Made by a program: the position numbers and the translations under genes. Shown in pieces: positions 19,698 to 29,123 of a stretch of DNA of 64,000 nucleotides. Origin of the DNA: Promethearchaeota archaeon. Lineage in GTDB: Archaea; Asgardarchaeota; Lokiarchaeia; Sigyniarchaeales; SOKP01. The stretch spans positions 4,200-68,199 of the forward strand of contig RDOE01000003.1 of NCBI GenBank assembly GCA_011364975.1, in the 5' to 3' direction. Every line of letters starts with the position of its first letter. The stretch's first letter is position 1. Below the pieces are notes generated by a model. The model was not told where the DNA came from, made no database searches, and worked only from the letters and a program-made list of their open reading frames with translations.

Positions 19698-20345
19698 ATG
19701 AAAAATATGGCTTCAACTGGTGGAATAACTTATTCTGTTGCAGAATTTAACACTATTGTTACTATGTTAGGTTGTTTATGTGCTACAGTACAACTTTACA
19801 CAGGGTGGTATAGTGCTTATTATAAGAAAAAAATAGCGCTAATTAAAACGAATGACATCTTATTTCGAACACATAGGGCATTTGGAGGATTTGCTACAAC
19901 CCTTTACTTTCTTGGTTTATTTGCAGGATTAACTGGATTTATTGGTGCTTTAATTTTTAATATTCCTCCTTTTGAAGGTACAGATTTAAGTTTTATGGTT
20001 CATGTATGGCCAAGTTTTGCAGTAATGATTGTAATAATTTGGAAAACCTATATTTCCTATTTTCGGAAACCTTCCATCTATAAGAAAGGAAAGTGGTTAG
20101 GGATCGCAACATTTCTTGCTTGGGCATTTACTTGGATTTCATCTGCTTTCTCATATTATTTAAGAACTTTACCCTCAAACCCCCAACATCCTTCTCCAAC
20201 ATATTTGCTACCATTTGATCTATTATGGCTTCAAATATTAATCCCATTTTTAATAGGAACGTTGATTAGTTACTTTGTACTACAGACTGCACATAAATTA
20301 GAATTAAGAAAAGAACAAAGTTCTATGAAAAAAGCTGAAAAATAA
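19698..20345 (+). CDS. integral membrane protein, 5-6 TM helices with conserved-looking His residues
   Basis: Hydrophobic segments throughout (FGGFATTLYFLGLFAGLTGFIGALIF, MVHVWPSFAVMIVIIW, WLGIATFLAWAFTWISSAF). Function unknown. Confidence 0.5.
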   Translation: MKNMASTGGITYSVAEFNTIVTMLGCLCATVQLYTGWYSAYYKKKIALIKTNDILFRTHRAFGGFATTLYFLGLFAGLTGFIGALIFNIPPFEGTDLSFMVHVWPSFAVMIVIIWKTYISYFRKPSIYKKGKWLGIATFLAWAFTWISSAFSYYLRTLPSNPQHPSPTYLLPFDLLWLQILIPFLIGTLISYFVLQTAHKLELRKEQSSMKKAEK

Positions 20346-20346
20346 T

Positions 20347-21027
20347 TTATGCTAAAAATTTAAGGCCATCTTTTACTTTATAAGTACGATTAAAACGATC
20401 TACTTCAATAAACCTTTTAATTTCAAGATTATTTAAGAGATCTCTCATTTCAATAGAACTTTTATTTAACTTCTCGGAAAGGCCTTCTATATCATTTTCA
20501 TAATTACGTAATACTACTAGTAGTGAAGAATAATTATCATATATTTGATTAACCAAATACTTTAACGATTCTTGTAGATTCTCACCAGTTCGGGTACTCG
20601 TTGGGAAGACCATTACATCATCTTTTAAATAATTCTGGGACCTAATTATCTCTGGATGGCGTGCCCCGGCTAAATCTTGTTTATTTGCAAGATATACAAT
20701 TGGAGTCTCAGGTTCAATAGCTTTCCTAATCGCATTTAAAATTATTATTGCATCTTCATCCTTTTCTGGATGCACCGCATCGAAAATAAAAATAACCCCA
20801 TCAGTTCCTCTGATTAGCACGTCTCTCATGACGTTAAATCTTAATAATCCTGGAGTACCAAAAAGAAAGACATCAAACCCATTTAATTTAACACAACCGA
20901 GATCCATACCAACGGTATAGTATTTGTTATCTCTTGCTTTGGCTTCTACATTTAACGCTTTATCATCAAGATATTTAATAAAACTTGATTTACCAGCTTG
21001 CAAAGCCCCGCTCACAACAATTTTCAA
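20347..21027 (-). CDS. small GTPase (SR-beta/COG2229/MglA-superfamily type) with a C-terminal winged-helix-like extension
   Basis: G1 GALQAGKSS, G3 FGTPGLLRF, G4 NKQD. The last 60 aa or so (LSEKLNKSSIEMRDLLNNLEIKRFIEVDRFNRTYKVKDGLKFL) look like a wHTH. Confidence 0.75.
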   Translation of the reverse strand: MKIVVSGALQAGKSSFIKYLDDKALNVEAKARDNKYYTVGMDLGCVKLNGFDVFLFGTPGLLRFNVMRDVLIRGTDGVIFIFDAVHPEKDEDAIIILNAIRKAIEPETPIVYLANKQDLAGARHPEIIRSQNYLKDDVMVFPTSTRTGENLQESLKYLVNQIYDNYSSLLVVLRNYENDIEGLSEKLNKSSIEMRDLLNNLEIKRFIEVDRFNRTYKVKDGLKFLA

Positions 21028-21298
21028 TGTAAAGACCTCTTTAATTAATTTCGTCGGATTCTAATTGTATTATATGGCTTATTATTAAATTATTAACTTA
21101 ATTTGTTTTATTATTATGATTAATATTTGGATAATATCAATTCCTAAATTTAAAAATAAGCTCTGACAATTTTGTTTTCTTTTTACGTACGACAAAAGAT
21201 TGTTAGCGGTTGTGTGTACAAATCTTAATTTTTAAGTTTTAATGCTTAGAAATAAACATTTCTGACAAGAACATAATAAATGAGAAAATTCTTTTGAA

Positions 21299-21985
21299 AT
21301 GTATTTTTTTTTAGCTTTAATAATGGATAATTTAGAAAATCAATACCAAGATATCATAAAGCATTTTCCTAATGTTAAGCTTAATAATAATTTAATATCT
21401 CATCTTTCAATTACCATAAAGAATGGAAACATTTTGGAAATTGATTATAGAAATTTTCCCAAAAAACCTAAAGTTAAACTACTCAATCAAAAGGGGGAGG
21501 TATATAGAAAACTTGATAGGGTGATTTATTCCTTAAATACTTGGAAATCAAATCATCCTAAAAAAATCTCAGAAATAATCAATGAAATCATAATTTTTAT
21601 TAACAATTTGGAATCTAACACTATTTTAATAAAAGCTGAATTATTAGAGGGAATTTTGCGTTTATGTCATGAACATCATCCAAGAGAAATCTTAGGAATT
21701 TTGAAAACGGAAAAAAATATTTTTACTGAATTCATTTTGCCTCCAGGCACACTTACTTCAAATACATCTGGGATATATTCTTCCTCTAGACTGCCATTAG
21801 ATAATTTTTATCAGGCAAGTGTTCATTCACATCCTTCTGGAAATCTTCGTCCCTCACCACAAGATTTAGGGGATATTTTTAAAAAGTTCAAATGTCATTT
21901 CATAATAGGATTCCCTTATGGACCAAAAAATATAAGATGTTATGATAAAAATGGAAAAATACTAAACATTAAAGTTATAAAATAA
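21299..21985 (+). CDS. JAB1/MPN/Mov34 (JAMM) metalloprotease with an N-terminal UBC/RWD-like domain
   Basis: JAMM motif HSHPSGNLRPSPQD, preceded by the conserved Glu in PREILGIL. The N-terminal 100 aa contain EIDYRNFPKKPKVKLL, resembling the YPxxPPxv strand-loop of UBC/RWD folds, and have no Cys. The likely true start is the second ATG, at 21323. Confidence 0.75.
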   Translation: MYFFLALIMDNLENQYQDIIKHFPNVKLNNNLISHLSITIKNGNILEIDYRNFPKKPKVKLLNQKGEVYRKLDRVIYSLNTWKSNHPKKISEIINEIIIFINNLESNTILIKAELLEGILRLCHEHHPREILGILKTEKNIFTEFILPPGTLTSNTSGIYSSSRLPLDNFYQASVHSHPSGNLRPSPQDLGDIFKKFKCHFIIGFPYGPKNIRCYDKNGKILNIKVIK

Positions 21986-22357
21986 TCCAACAGTAAGAAA
22001 TAATGCCAATTTTATTCTTTCTTATAAAGAATAAATTTTATTTTATCTCTATTAACAACGAAATTTTACTAAAATGAAAAAGTTATTTTTTTCAATTTTT
22101 TTTACCTTTTAAGATGAAAACTCAGTAATTATATTGTTTAATCTGATCTATATAGTAACTTTTAATGACATTTTTATGCTAAAAATTAACATAATCCGTC
22201 ATTTCAATAAATTTTAAATACTCTTTTAGGATTAGTTTACATTATAAAAGATATTATTACTAGATTTAACAATATACTTTTTTTTTAATTGTTAATTCTT
22301 AACTCATGTAAATTTTTTAATAAAAATCAAACATAAATTTTTGAATTCAGAAAGAAA

Positions 22358-25300
22358 ATGTCGGAAAATAAGTTAAGTTCAATAATGATTATAGGAGCAG
22401 GTATTTCGGGGATTGAAGCAAGTTTATCGTTGGCAGAACAAGGTTATAAAGTGATACTTGTAGAAAGAACCTCCTCAGTTGGAGGTAGAATGGCACAACT
22501 AGACAAAACATTTCCTACTTTGGATTGTTCTATATGTATTCTCGCACCAAAAATGGTTGAAAGTAGTAGACATCCTAATATCGAACTTCTTCCTTATTCT
22601 GAAGTGGAAGAAATCAATGGTGAAGCAGGCAAATTTACCGTTAAAATAAAGAAGAAGGCTAAATACGTGAATTGGGATGTTTGCACTGGTTGTGGAGCCT
22701 GTAGTGAAAAATGCCCTATGAAAAAAATACCTTCCGAATTTGAAGAATCTATGGGAAATCGTACAGCAATATATATTCCATTTCCTCAAGCAGTTCCACG
22801 TAAAGCAGTGATAGATGCTAAAAAGTGTCTTTATCTAACGAAGGGAGCCTGTCAATTATGTGAAAAAGAATGTGAAGCTGGAGCGATAAATTGGGAGGAT
22901 AAAGATGAATTAAAAACCTATGACGTTGCTTCTATTATCGTTGCTACTGGGTATGATCAACTTAATCCTTCTGTAATAGATAGATATCATTTTGAAGAAT
23001 ATCCAAACGTTATAACTGCCATGCAATATGAGAGATTATTGAGTGCATCGGGCCCTACTGGAGGAGAACTAATACGTCCATCTGATAAAAAACATGCTCA
23101 TAATATAGCTTTTGTTGCATGTGTTGGATCTCGTAATGAGGATCTATGTGCATATTGTTCTAAATTTTGTTGCATGTATATGGCAAAAGAAGGAGTGGTA
23201 ACGAGAGAACATGCTCCAGAAACAGATGTACATATTTATTTCAATGATATTCGCGTTATTGGAAAAAATCAAGAAGAATTTATAGAGAGAGCAAAAGAAG
23301 AATATGATTTACATTATCATCATGGAATCCCGGGGGATGTAAGAGAAAATCCGGAAAATCATAATTTGTACGTTAAATCAGCTAATTTAGATACAGGAGA
23401 AGTTGAAACAAGAGAATTTGACCTTGTAGTGTTAGCAAATGCCGTAAAACCAAGAGAAGATGCCGAACAGTTAGCTAAAATACTGGGAATTGAACGAAAT
23501 GAATTAGGTTTTTTCAAAACAGATAATTCTACGGAAGACCTAAAATCTACTCGTGAGGGCATCTTCGTAACAGGATCATGTCAATCTCCTGATGATATTG
23601 CAAATTCTGTGGCTAAAGCAGGTGGAGCTGCAGCATTAGCTGCTACATATGCCGTTCCGTTAAGTGCGGAAGAGACTAAAGTAGAACTCCCACCATTAAG
23701 AGAAGTAAAACCTAGTGATGCACCTAAGATAGGTGTGTTCATATGTAGATGCGGGATAAACATCGGAGGATATATGGACATTCCCAATTTAGTTGATTAT
23801 GCTAAGTCATTACCTCACGTTGCCTTTGCGATGGAAAACAAATATAGTTGTTCCCAATTAACACAAGATATTATTAAAGAAAAGATATCCGAGCTAGATT
23901 TGAATAGGGTTGTTGTTGCGGCATGTACTCCACGAACCCATGAACCGTTATTCCAGAAAACTATCAGGGAGGCAGGACTAAACGAATATTTATTCAATTT
24001 TGTCAGTATTCGTGAATTAGATTCATGGGTACATATGCATGACAATCCTAGAGCTACAGATAAAGCGAAAGACCTTATTAGAATGGGTGTTGCTCGAGTA
24101 AGTAATCAAAAACCAGAGTATAAAATTAAAGGAAAGGTCGTTCCAGAGGCTCTGGTGGTAGGTGGAGGAATCTCAGGAATAAGTGCCGCAATTGAAATTG
24201 CAAATAAAGGCTTTAAAGTGCATCTTGTTGAACAAACCGATAAATTAGGGGGTCAATTAAATTTAATCTACAAAATCAATTTTGACCGTATTGATTCAAA
24301 ACAATTCTTAGAAGGAACATTAAAGCAATATAATCAAATGAAGAACATCATCACTTACTTAAATTCGAATGTCTTGGATGTTAAAGGATCCATTGGAGAT
24401 TTTAAAGTTAAAGTCAAAAATAAAATTGAAAACAAAGAATTCGATTTAAATGTGGGTACAATTATCACTGCGACAGGTGCTTATGAATATAAGCCCAAAG
24501 GGTGGTACCATTATGGAGAGAATGAGAATGTAATGACTCAATTAGAACTTTCAGAAAAGCTAAGAAAAAATGAGCTAAAAGATGGTGAGACGTTTGTTTT
24601 CATACATTGTGTTGGGTCTAGACAACCAGAAGGTGGTAACGGAGTAACATATTGTTCCTTAATCTGCTGTTCTGAATCGATCAGACATGCTTTATATGTT
24701 AAAGAGAATTACCCTAATTCAAATCTTTACGTATTATATCGAGATATTCGCGTAGGAACAGACGAAGAACCTTATTACTGGAAAGCTCGGGAAAATATTA
24801 ACTATATACGATTTAATGATTATCCCACTGTTGATATCAAAAATGGAAAACTAATGGTAAATGTAAAAGATATATTAACACAAGTCGATCTTAATATTGA
24901 AGCAGATAAAGTAATATTATCCACTCCATTAATTCCAAATGACACCCAAAAGTTAGGAGAGATGATCAAATGTGCAAGAGACCAAAACGGGTTTTTCTTA
25001 GAAGCACATATTAAATTGCGACCTGTTGATTTTGCAACAGACGGAATATATTTATCAGGTACCTGCCATGGCCCAAAAGGAATCGCAGATTCTATTTCTC
25101 AAGGACGAGCCGCTGCAGCGCATGCGTTAATTCCCCTAATTTCAGGAGAAGTTGAAAATGAACCACTAGTATCAGTTGTAAACTCTGCATTATGCATTGC
25201 ATGTCAGAAGTGTGAAGAAGTGTGTAATTTTGGTGCTATTGGAGTCAACTTTGATAACGAAATATTAGTATCTGAATCTAATCCATTACTTTGTAAAGGT

Positions 25301-25855
25301 TGTGGAGATTGTGCTGCCGCTTGTCCTGCAGGAGCAATTACTATGAGTCATTTTGCTGATGAGCAAATTACTCCCATGATCCGGGAAGCTGTAAAAGGTG
25401 ATTTTGTTGATGAAAGACCTCGTATTGTAGCGTTCTTATGCAATTGGTGTAGTTATGCCGGAGCCGATACTTGTGGAGTAAGTAGGTTTCAATATCCTAC
25501 CAATATAAGACCCATCAGAGTCATGTGTACAGGTAGAATTCCAAAAAGTTTCATTTTACAGGCATTTCTGGAAGGTGCAGACGGTGTTTTTGTTGGGGGT
25601 TGTCATATTGGCGATTGTCATTATTTAGAAGGGAATTATGATATGTTAAGACGATATAATGAAGTTCATGAAATCTTAGAAAAGGTAGGAATTAATCGAG
25701 AGAGATATCGATTAGAATGGGTTTCAGCAAGTGAGGGAAAGCGATTTTCTCAAGTTGTTACTGAGTTTGTAGATAAAGTAAAAGAGTTAGGTCCTATGCC
25801 AAAAACAGGAGATAGAATTGAACCTAAAAAAGAAAAAGTTAAGGAGAGTGCATAA
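22358..25855 (+). CDS. hdrA: heterodisulfide reductase subunit A-like flavoprotein: tandem HdrA modules fused to a C-terminal MvhD domain
   Basis: Two FAD GxGxxG motifs (IIGAGISGIEAS, VVGGGISGISAA). HdrA signature FPTLDCSICILAPKM. Two CxGSR...YCSxxCC motifs. Ferredoxin motifs CTGCGACSEKCP, CQLCEKECEAG, CIACQKCEEVC and CKGCGDCAAACP. MvhD-like FLCNWCSYAGAD...GGCHIGDCHY from about 25420. Confidence 0.88.
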   Translation: MSENKLSSIMIIGAGISGIEASLSLAEQGYKVILVERTSSVGGRMAQLDKTFPTLDCSICILAPKMVESSRHPNIELLPYSEVEEINGEAGKFTVKIKKKAKYVNWDVCTGCGACSEKCPMKKIPSEFEESMGNRTAIYIPFPQAVPRKAVIDAKKCLYLTKGACQLCEKECEAGAINWEDKDELKTYDVASIIVATGYDQLNPSVIDRYHFEEYPNVITAMQYERLLSASGPTGGELIRPSDKKHAHNIAFVACVGSRNEDLCAYCSKFCCMYMAKEGVVTREHAPETDVHIYFNDIRVIGKNQEEFIERAKEEYDLHYHHGIPGDVRENPENHNLYVKSANLDTGEVETREFDLVVLANAVKPREDAEQLAKILGIERNELGFFKTDNSTEDLKSTREGIFVTGSCQSPDDIANSVAKAGGAAALAATYAVPLSAEETKVELPPLREVKPSDAPKIGVFICRCGINIGGYMDIPNLVDYAKSLPHVAFAMENKYSCSQLTQDIIKEKISELDLNRVVVAACTPRTHEPLFQKTIREAGLNEYLFNFVSIRELDSWVHMHDNPRATDKAKDLIRMGVARVSNQKPEYKIKGKVVPEALVVGGGISGISAAIEIANKGFKVHLVEQTDKLGGQLNLIYKINFDRIDSKQFLEGTLKQYNQMKNIITYLNSNVLDVKGSIGDFKVKVKNKIENKEFDLNVGTIITATGAYEYKPKGWYHYGENENVMTQLELSEKLRKNELKDGETFVFIHCVGSRQPEGGNGVTYCSLICCSESIRHALYVKENYPNSNLYVLYRDIRVGTDEEPYYWKARENINYIRFNDYPTVDIKNGKLMVNVKDILTQVDLNIEADKVILSTPLIPNDTQKLGEMIKCARDQNGFFLEAHIKLRPVDFATDGIYLSGTCHGPKGIADSISQGRAAAAHALIPLISGEVENEPLVSVVNSALCIACQKCEEVCNFGAIGVNFDNEILVSESNPLLCKGCGDCAAACPAGAITMSHFADEQITPMIREAVKGDFVDERPRIVAFLCNWCSYAGADTCGVSRFQYPTNIRPIRVMCTGRIPKSFILQAFLEGADGVFVGGCHIGDCHYLEGNYDMLRRYNEVHEILEKVGINRERYRLEWVSASEGKRFSQVVTEFVDKVKELGPMPKTGDRIEPKKEKVKESA

Positions 25856-25858
25856 AAA

Positions 25859-26392
25859 GTGACTGAGATGTTAAAGAAAAATGCGGATAATTTAGATCAT
25901 TCATTTAGATATGAAATAAGTGCAAAAGTTGGGGCTAAATCACTTCTTAAATGCATTCAGTGCGGTGTTTGTAGTAGTGGTTGTACTGTGACTGAATATG
26001 TAGACTTACAACCCCATAGAGTCGTTGCTTCGTGTCTTTTAGGCTTAAAAGAGGAAGTGTTATCCAGTAATGCAATTTGGACTTGTTCATTGTGCCATAG
26101 ATGTACTGAGAGATGCCCTAAAAACGTTGATTATTCCTTTATTTTAGCGTTATTAAGAAATTTGGCAGTAAAGGAAGGAAAAATTCCGAAAGAATACTCA
26201 AGTACTGTGGTCACTATCTATAATAATGGATATGTTGTTCCATATACGGGGGGATTGAAAGATAATATTGATAGACGACGAGGAAAAATGGGATTACCAG
26301 AATTAGTCCCCCCGGACCTCAAAGAGATTCAATTTATAATTGAAGAAACAGGTCTTGGGGCTCTTGCAAAAGAAAAGGAGGATGATAAATAA
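25859..26392 (+). CDS. hdrC: heterodisulfide reductase subunit C
   Basis: Two 4Fe-4S motifs (CIQCGVCSSGC and CSLCHRCTERCP). 177 aa. SD GGAG upstream. GTG start; an alternative ATG lies at 25868. Confidence 0.85.
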   Translation: MTEMLKKNADNLDHSFRYEISAKVGAKSLLKCIQCGVCSSGCTVTEYVDLQPHRVVASCLLGLKEEVLSSNAIWTCSLCHRCTERCPKNVDYSFILALLRNLAVKEGKIPKEYSSTVVTIYNNGYVVPYTGGLKDNIDRRRGKMGLPELVPPDLKEIQFIIEETGLGALAKEKEDDK

Positions 26393-27279
26393 TGAAAAAA
26401 GAATTGGGATTTTTTATTGGATGCACAATACCGCTTAAATTACCTCATTTAGAAAAGGCTTTTAGGGATGTAGCAAATATATTAGGCTTGAAACTTAGGG
26501 AAATGGAAGGTGTTAGCTGCTGCCCAGAACCAGTTTCTCTTCAATCATTAAATATGGATACTTGGGTAACCTTAGGGGCTAGAAATTTAGCTATCGCTGA
26601 AAAGATGGGTGTAGACATTTTAACCATATGTTCTGGGTGTTATGAAACGTTAAAGACAGTAAGTGTATTACTAAAGGAGGATAAAGAATATCTGAAGAAG
26701 ATAAATACAATTTTGAATAAAATCAATTACAAATATACTGGTAAAACTAAAGTATATCACTTTGTAGAATTATTTAGTGAACCTGAATGGTTAGAAAAGA
26801 TAAAAAGTTTAGTAGTAAAGCCACTAGATGATTTGAATTTAGCAGTTCATTACGGTTGCCATTTGGTTAGACCAAGTAAAATCATGCAATTCGATCACCC
26901 TGAAAAACCAGAGAAAATTGATGTCATTCTTCAAGCGCTTGGTGCTAAAACGCTAGATTTTGCCAATAAACTTGAATGTTGTGGATACTGTGCTAGATTA
27001 CAAGAGGAGATTGGTGAAAAATTGGTTGAAGATAAAATGACGGAATTATGTGAGCTTGAGGAAGGAGTAGATGGGTTGATTGCAGTCTGTCCTGCTTGTG
27101 TTACACAATATGATAGAAAAGAGAAAATTATAGCAAGAAAATCCGGTAAAGAGTTAGATATCCCTGTACTCTATTTAGCAGAAATGATGGCAGTAGCACT
27201 AGGTGTAGAATTAGAAGATCTAAGTTTAAAAAATAGAAGTGTAAAACCCGATAAGTTAATTGAGAAATTAACATCCTAA
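26392..27279 (+). CDS. hdrB: heterodisulfide reductase subunit B (two CCG domains)
   Basis: Two CCG-domain patterns (C...CCPEP...CSGC and C...CCGY...CPAC). The ATG overlaps the hdrC TAA by 1 nt (TAATG). Confidence 0.88.
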   Translation: MKKELGFFIGCTIPLKLPHLEKAFRDVANILGLKLREMEGVSCCPEPVSLQSLNMDTWVTLGARNLAIAEKMGVDILTICSGCYETLKTVSVLLKEDKEYLKKINTILNKINYKYTGKTKVYHFVELFSEPEWLEKIKSLVVKPLDDLNLAVHYGCHLVRPSKIMQFDHPEKPEKIDVILQALGAKTLDFANKLECCGYCARLQEEIGEKLVEDKMTELCELEEGVDGLIAVCPACVTQYDRKEKIIARKSGKELDIPVLYLAEMMAVALGVELEDLSLKNRSVKPDKLIEKLTS

Positions 27280-27287
27280 GAAGTGTA

Positions 27288-27295
27288 TTTTTTTT
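27288..27295 (+). terminator. T8 tract 9 nt after the hdrB stop. Possible partial terminator or processing point between hdrB and metV.
   Basis: Reads TAAGAAGTGTATTTTTTTTCAAAAC, within a 92-nt gap before metV. Confidence 0.25.
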
Positions 27296-27371
27296 CAAAA
27301 CACAAATTAAGATTAAATTAATGAATCAAAACAAAAAAATGAAAGAAATTTGAAAAAAGGAGTTATGTAAT

Positions 27372-28070
27372 ATGATTATTACTCAACAAAAAGATATAAA
27401 CGAAATTTACGAGATGGTAAAAAACTACAAAAAAATTTTAATTGCTGGCTGTGATGGATGTTGTCAACCACCTCGCTCTTTAAATGAAGCTAAAGTACTT
27501 GGGCAGCTTTTGGAATTAAAGGCGAGAACTGAAGGGAAGGAGTTAAAATGGAAAGCTATAACAGTTCTAAGGCAATGTGATGATAGAATAGCGGCTACTA
27601 CTGTAAGTCCCCATATTGAGAATTACGATGCTATTGTATCATTAGCTTGTGGTCTTGGAGTAGTGATGTTAAATAAGGTATTGCCAAAAATTTTGACTTT
27701 TCCTGCTCAAAATAGCATGTTTGGAGGAGCCCAAAATAGTGGTGAAAATAGCTTTATTGAATACTGCGAGGAATGTGGTGATTGTATAATTGGAGAAACC
27801 GGTGGAGTTTGTCCGAGAGCAGGGTGTGCTAAACATCTTAGCAACGGACCCTGTGGAGGGATGGTAGATGGAAAGTGTGAAGTTGGTGGATATACTATTC
27901 CTTGTGCCTGGGTACAAATGTGGACTAGATTAAAAGAATTTAATAGGCTAGACTTATTTAAGAAATATCGAGGCCCTAGAGATTATCGTACTTCAACCAG
28001 CCCAAGTTACTTAACAATCTATAAAGAATATACTAATGAAAAAGAAGAGAAGGTGGAGGCGAAAGAATAA
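27372..28070 (+). CDS. metV: MetV, Cys-rich small subunit of methylene-tetrahydrofolate reductase (MTHFR C-terminal-like domain)
   Basis: CEECGDCIIGETGGVCPRAGCAKHLSNGPCGGMVDGKCEV signature. N-terminal GCDGCC. SD GGAG 8 nt upstream. Confidence 0.8.
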   Translation: MIITQQKDINEIYEMVKNYKKILIAGCDGCCQPPRSLNEAKVLGQLLELKARTEGKELKWKAITVLRQCDDRIAATTVSPHIENYDAIVSLACGLGVVMLNKVLPKILTFPAQNSMFGGAQNSGENSFIEYCEECGDCIIGETGGVCPRAGCAKHLSNGPCGGMVDGKCEVGGYTIPCAWVQMWTRLKEFNRLDLFKKYRGPRDYRTSTSPSYLTIYKEYTNEKEEKVEAKE

Positions 28071-28071
28071 A

Positions 28072-29025
28072 ATGACTAAAAGACCGGCATATAGTAAATT
28101 ATGCAAAGCTATCGAAGATGGTCATTTCGTATTCACTGGAGAACTTGAGCCTAAAAAAATCTTGGATCTTAGTGAGATTTTTCATTCTGCTGAAGAAATG
28201 AAGAAAACAGGCAAAATTGTCGCAGCTAACGTGACCGACGGACCACAAGGAGATGCATATATGTCATCATTAGTCCCGAGTTATCTTATTCAAGATAAGG
28301 TAGGTATTGAAGCGGTTTGGCAAGTTACCGTTCGAGATCGTAATCGTGTAGCCTTATTTGGAGATGTAGTCGCAGGTTCGGTTTTAGGTTTAAAGAACAT
28401 CTTAACGCTTACCGGAGATCATACAGCTTTGGGTGATCATAAAAAAGGACGTCCAGTTTACGATATTGATAGCACTCAATTCTGTGAAATGCTTTCCAAG
28501 ATGATTGATGAAGGAACTGATTATGAAGGTAATCCTCTTGAAGGGGGAAAAATTGAAATGAACTTTGGATGCGTAGCCAACCCAAATAGCAACCCAAGGG
28601 AACCAGAAATTTTTAAAGTAGGCCGTAAAGTCGAACAAGGAGTAGATTTCATTCAAACCCAAACTGCTTTTGACATAGATCAAGCAAAAGAATTTCTTAA
28701 GGAATTAGAGCAATTCAATGTTCCCGTATTACTAGGAGTGTTTCCTCTCAAATCTTATGGTATAGCCTGGTATTTTGATGCTTACATACCTGGAGTTTCA
28801 GTTCCTAAGGATTTATTAGGGGCCTTAAAGAAAGCTGAAAAAGATAACAAGGGAGATAAACAGGCAAAATATGATGCCCTCGATAAGATCAATATTGAAT
28901 TTTTCGAACCATTTATCAAAGAAATCAAGAAAAGTACGAAAGCAGCGGGGATTCATTGCATGGCAGTTGAATACGAAAGACTTTTTGATCCTTTACTTAG
29001 AGAATATCCGAAATACGTCAAGTAA
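28072..29025 (+). CDS. metF: methylenetetrahydrofolate reductase catalytic subunit
   Basis: FVFTGELEPKK, AANVTDGP, LTLTGDH and FIQTQ motifs. The ATG at 28072 is 1 nt after the metV stop. The ORF-track start at 28036 overlaps metV and encodes a K/R run. Confidence 0.85.
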   Translation: MTKRPAYSKLCKAIEDGHFVFTGELEPKKILDLSEIFHSAEEMKKTGKIVAANVTDGPQGDAYMSSLVPSYLIQDKVGIEAVWQVTVRDRNRVALFGDVVAGSVLGLKNILTLTGDHTALGDHKKGRPVYDIDSTQFCEMLSKMIDEGTDYEGNPLEGGKIEMNFGCVANPNSNPREPEIFKVGRKVEQGVDFIQTQTAFDIDQAKEFLKELEQFNVPVLLGVFPLKSYGIAWYFDAYIPGVSVPKDLLGALKKAEKDNKGDKQAKYDALDKINIEFFEPFIKEIKKSTKAAGIHCMAVEYERLFDPLLREYPKYVK

Positions 29026-29123
29026 ATTTCTTTAAAACAAAAAAATCTGAGAAAAAATATATTTTTAATTTTTATTTAACATTTTTTTAAAAAAAAAGAA
29101 TAAAAGAAGGAGTATGTAAAAAT

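Noticed and set aside
22266-22295. 8-bp inverted repeat TTAACAAT-N14-ATTGTTAA, 60-90 nt upstream of hdrA, considered as a possible Lrp operator
   Set aside because: Perfect 8-bp A/T-rich inverted repeats are expected by chance many times in a window of this composition. The motif was not found upstream of metV2 or the lrp genes.
22499-24045. Four minus-strand track ORFs inside hdrA (22499..22789, 23359..23562, 23581..23787, 23815..24045)
   Set aside because: All are antisense to a continuous 1165-aa ORF that has dense conserved motifs. The same reasoning applies to the other antisense or internal track ORFs: 8577..8870, 10620..10802, 13315..13587, 15976..16272, 16396..16584, 27669..27917, 28402..28683, 28409..28597, 30560..30772, 34240..34467, 37700..38017, 38014..38274, 40986..41384, 41737..42060, 42301..42522, 43296..43493, 44478..44675, 46518..46793, 49659..50087, 50475..50756, 50844..51050, 53202..53402, 56334..56528, 57286..57519, 58453..58662, 58682..58885, 59195..59401 and 61888..62145.
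28036-28071. N-terminal extension of metF (MKKKRRWRRKNK) overlapping the metV 3' end; likewise 38159..38209 for the second metF
   Set aside because: Both extensions overlap the preceding gene and are non-conserved between the two paralogues. In both paralogues the conserved protein begins at the internal ATG just after the metV stop.
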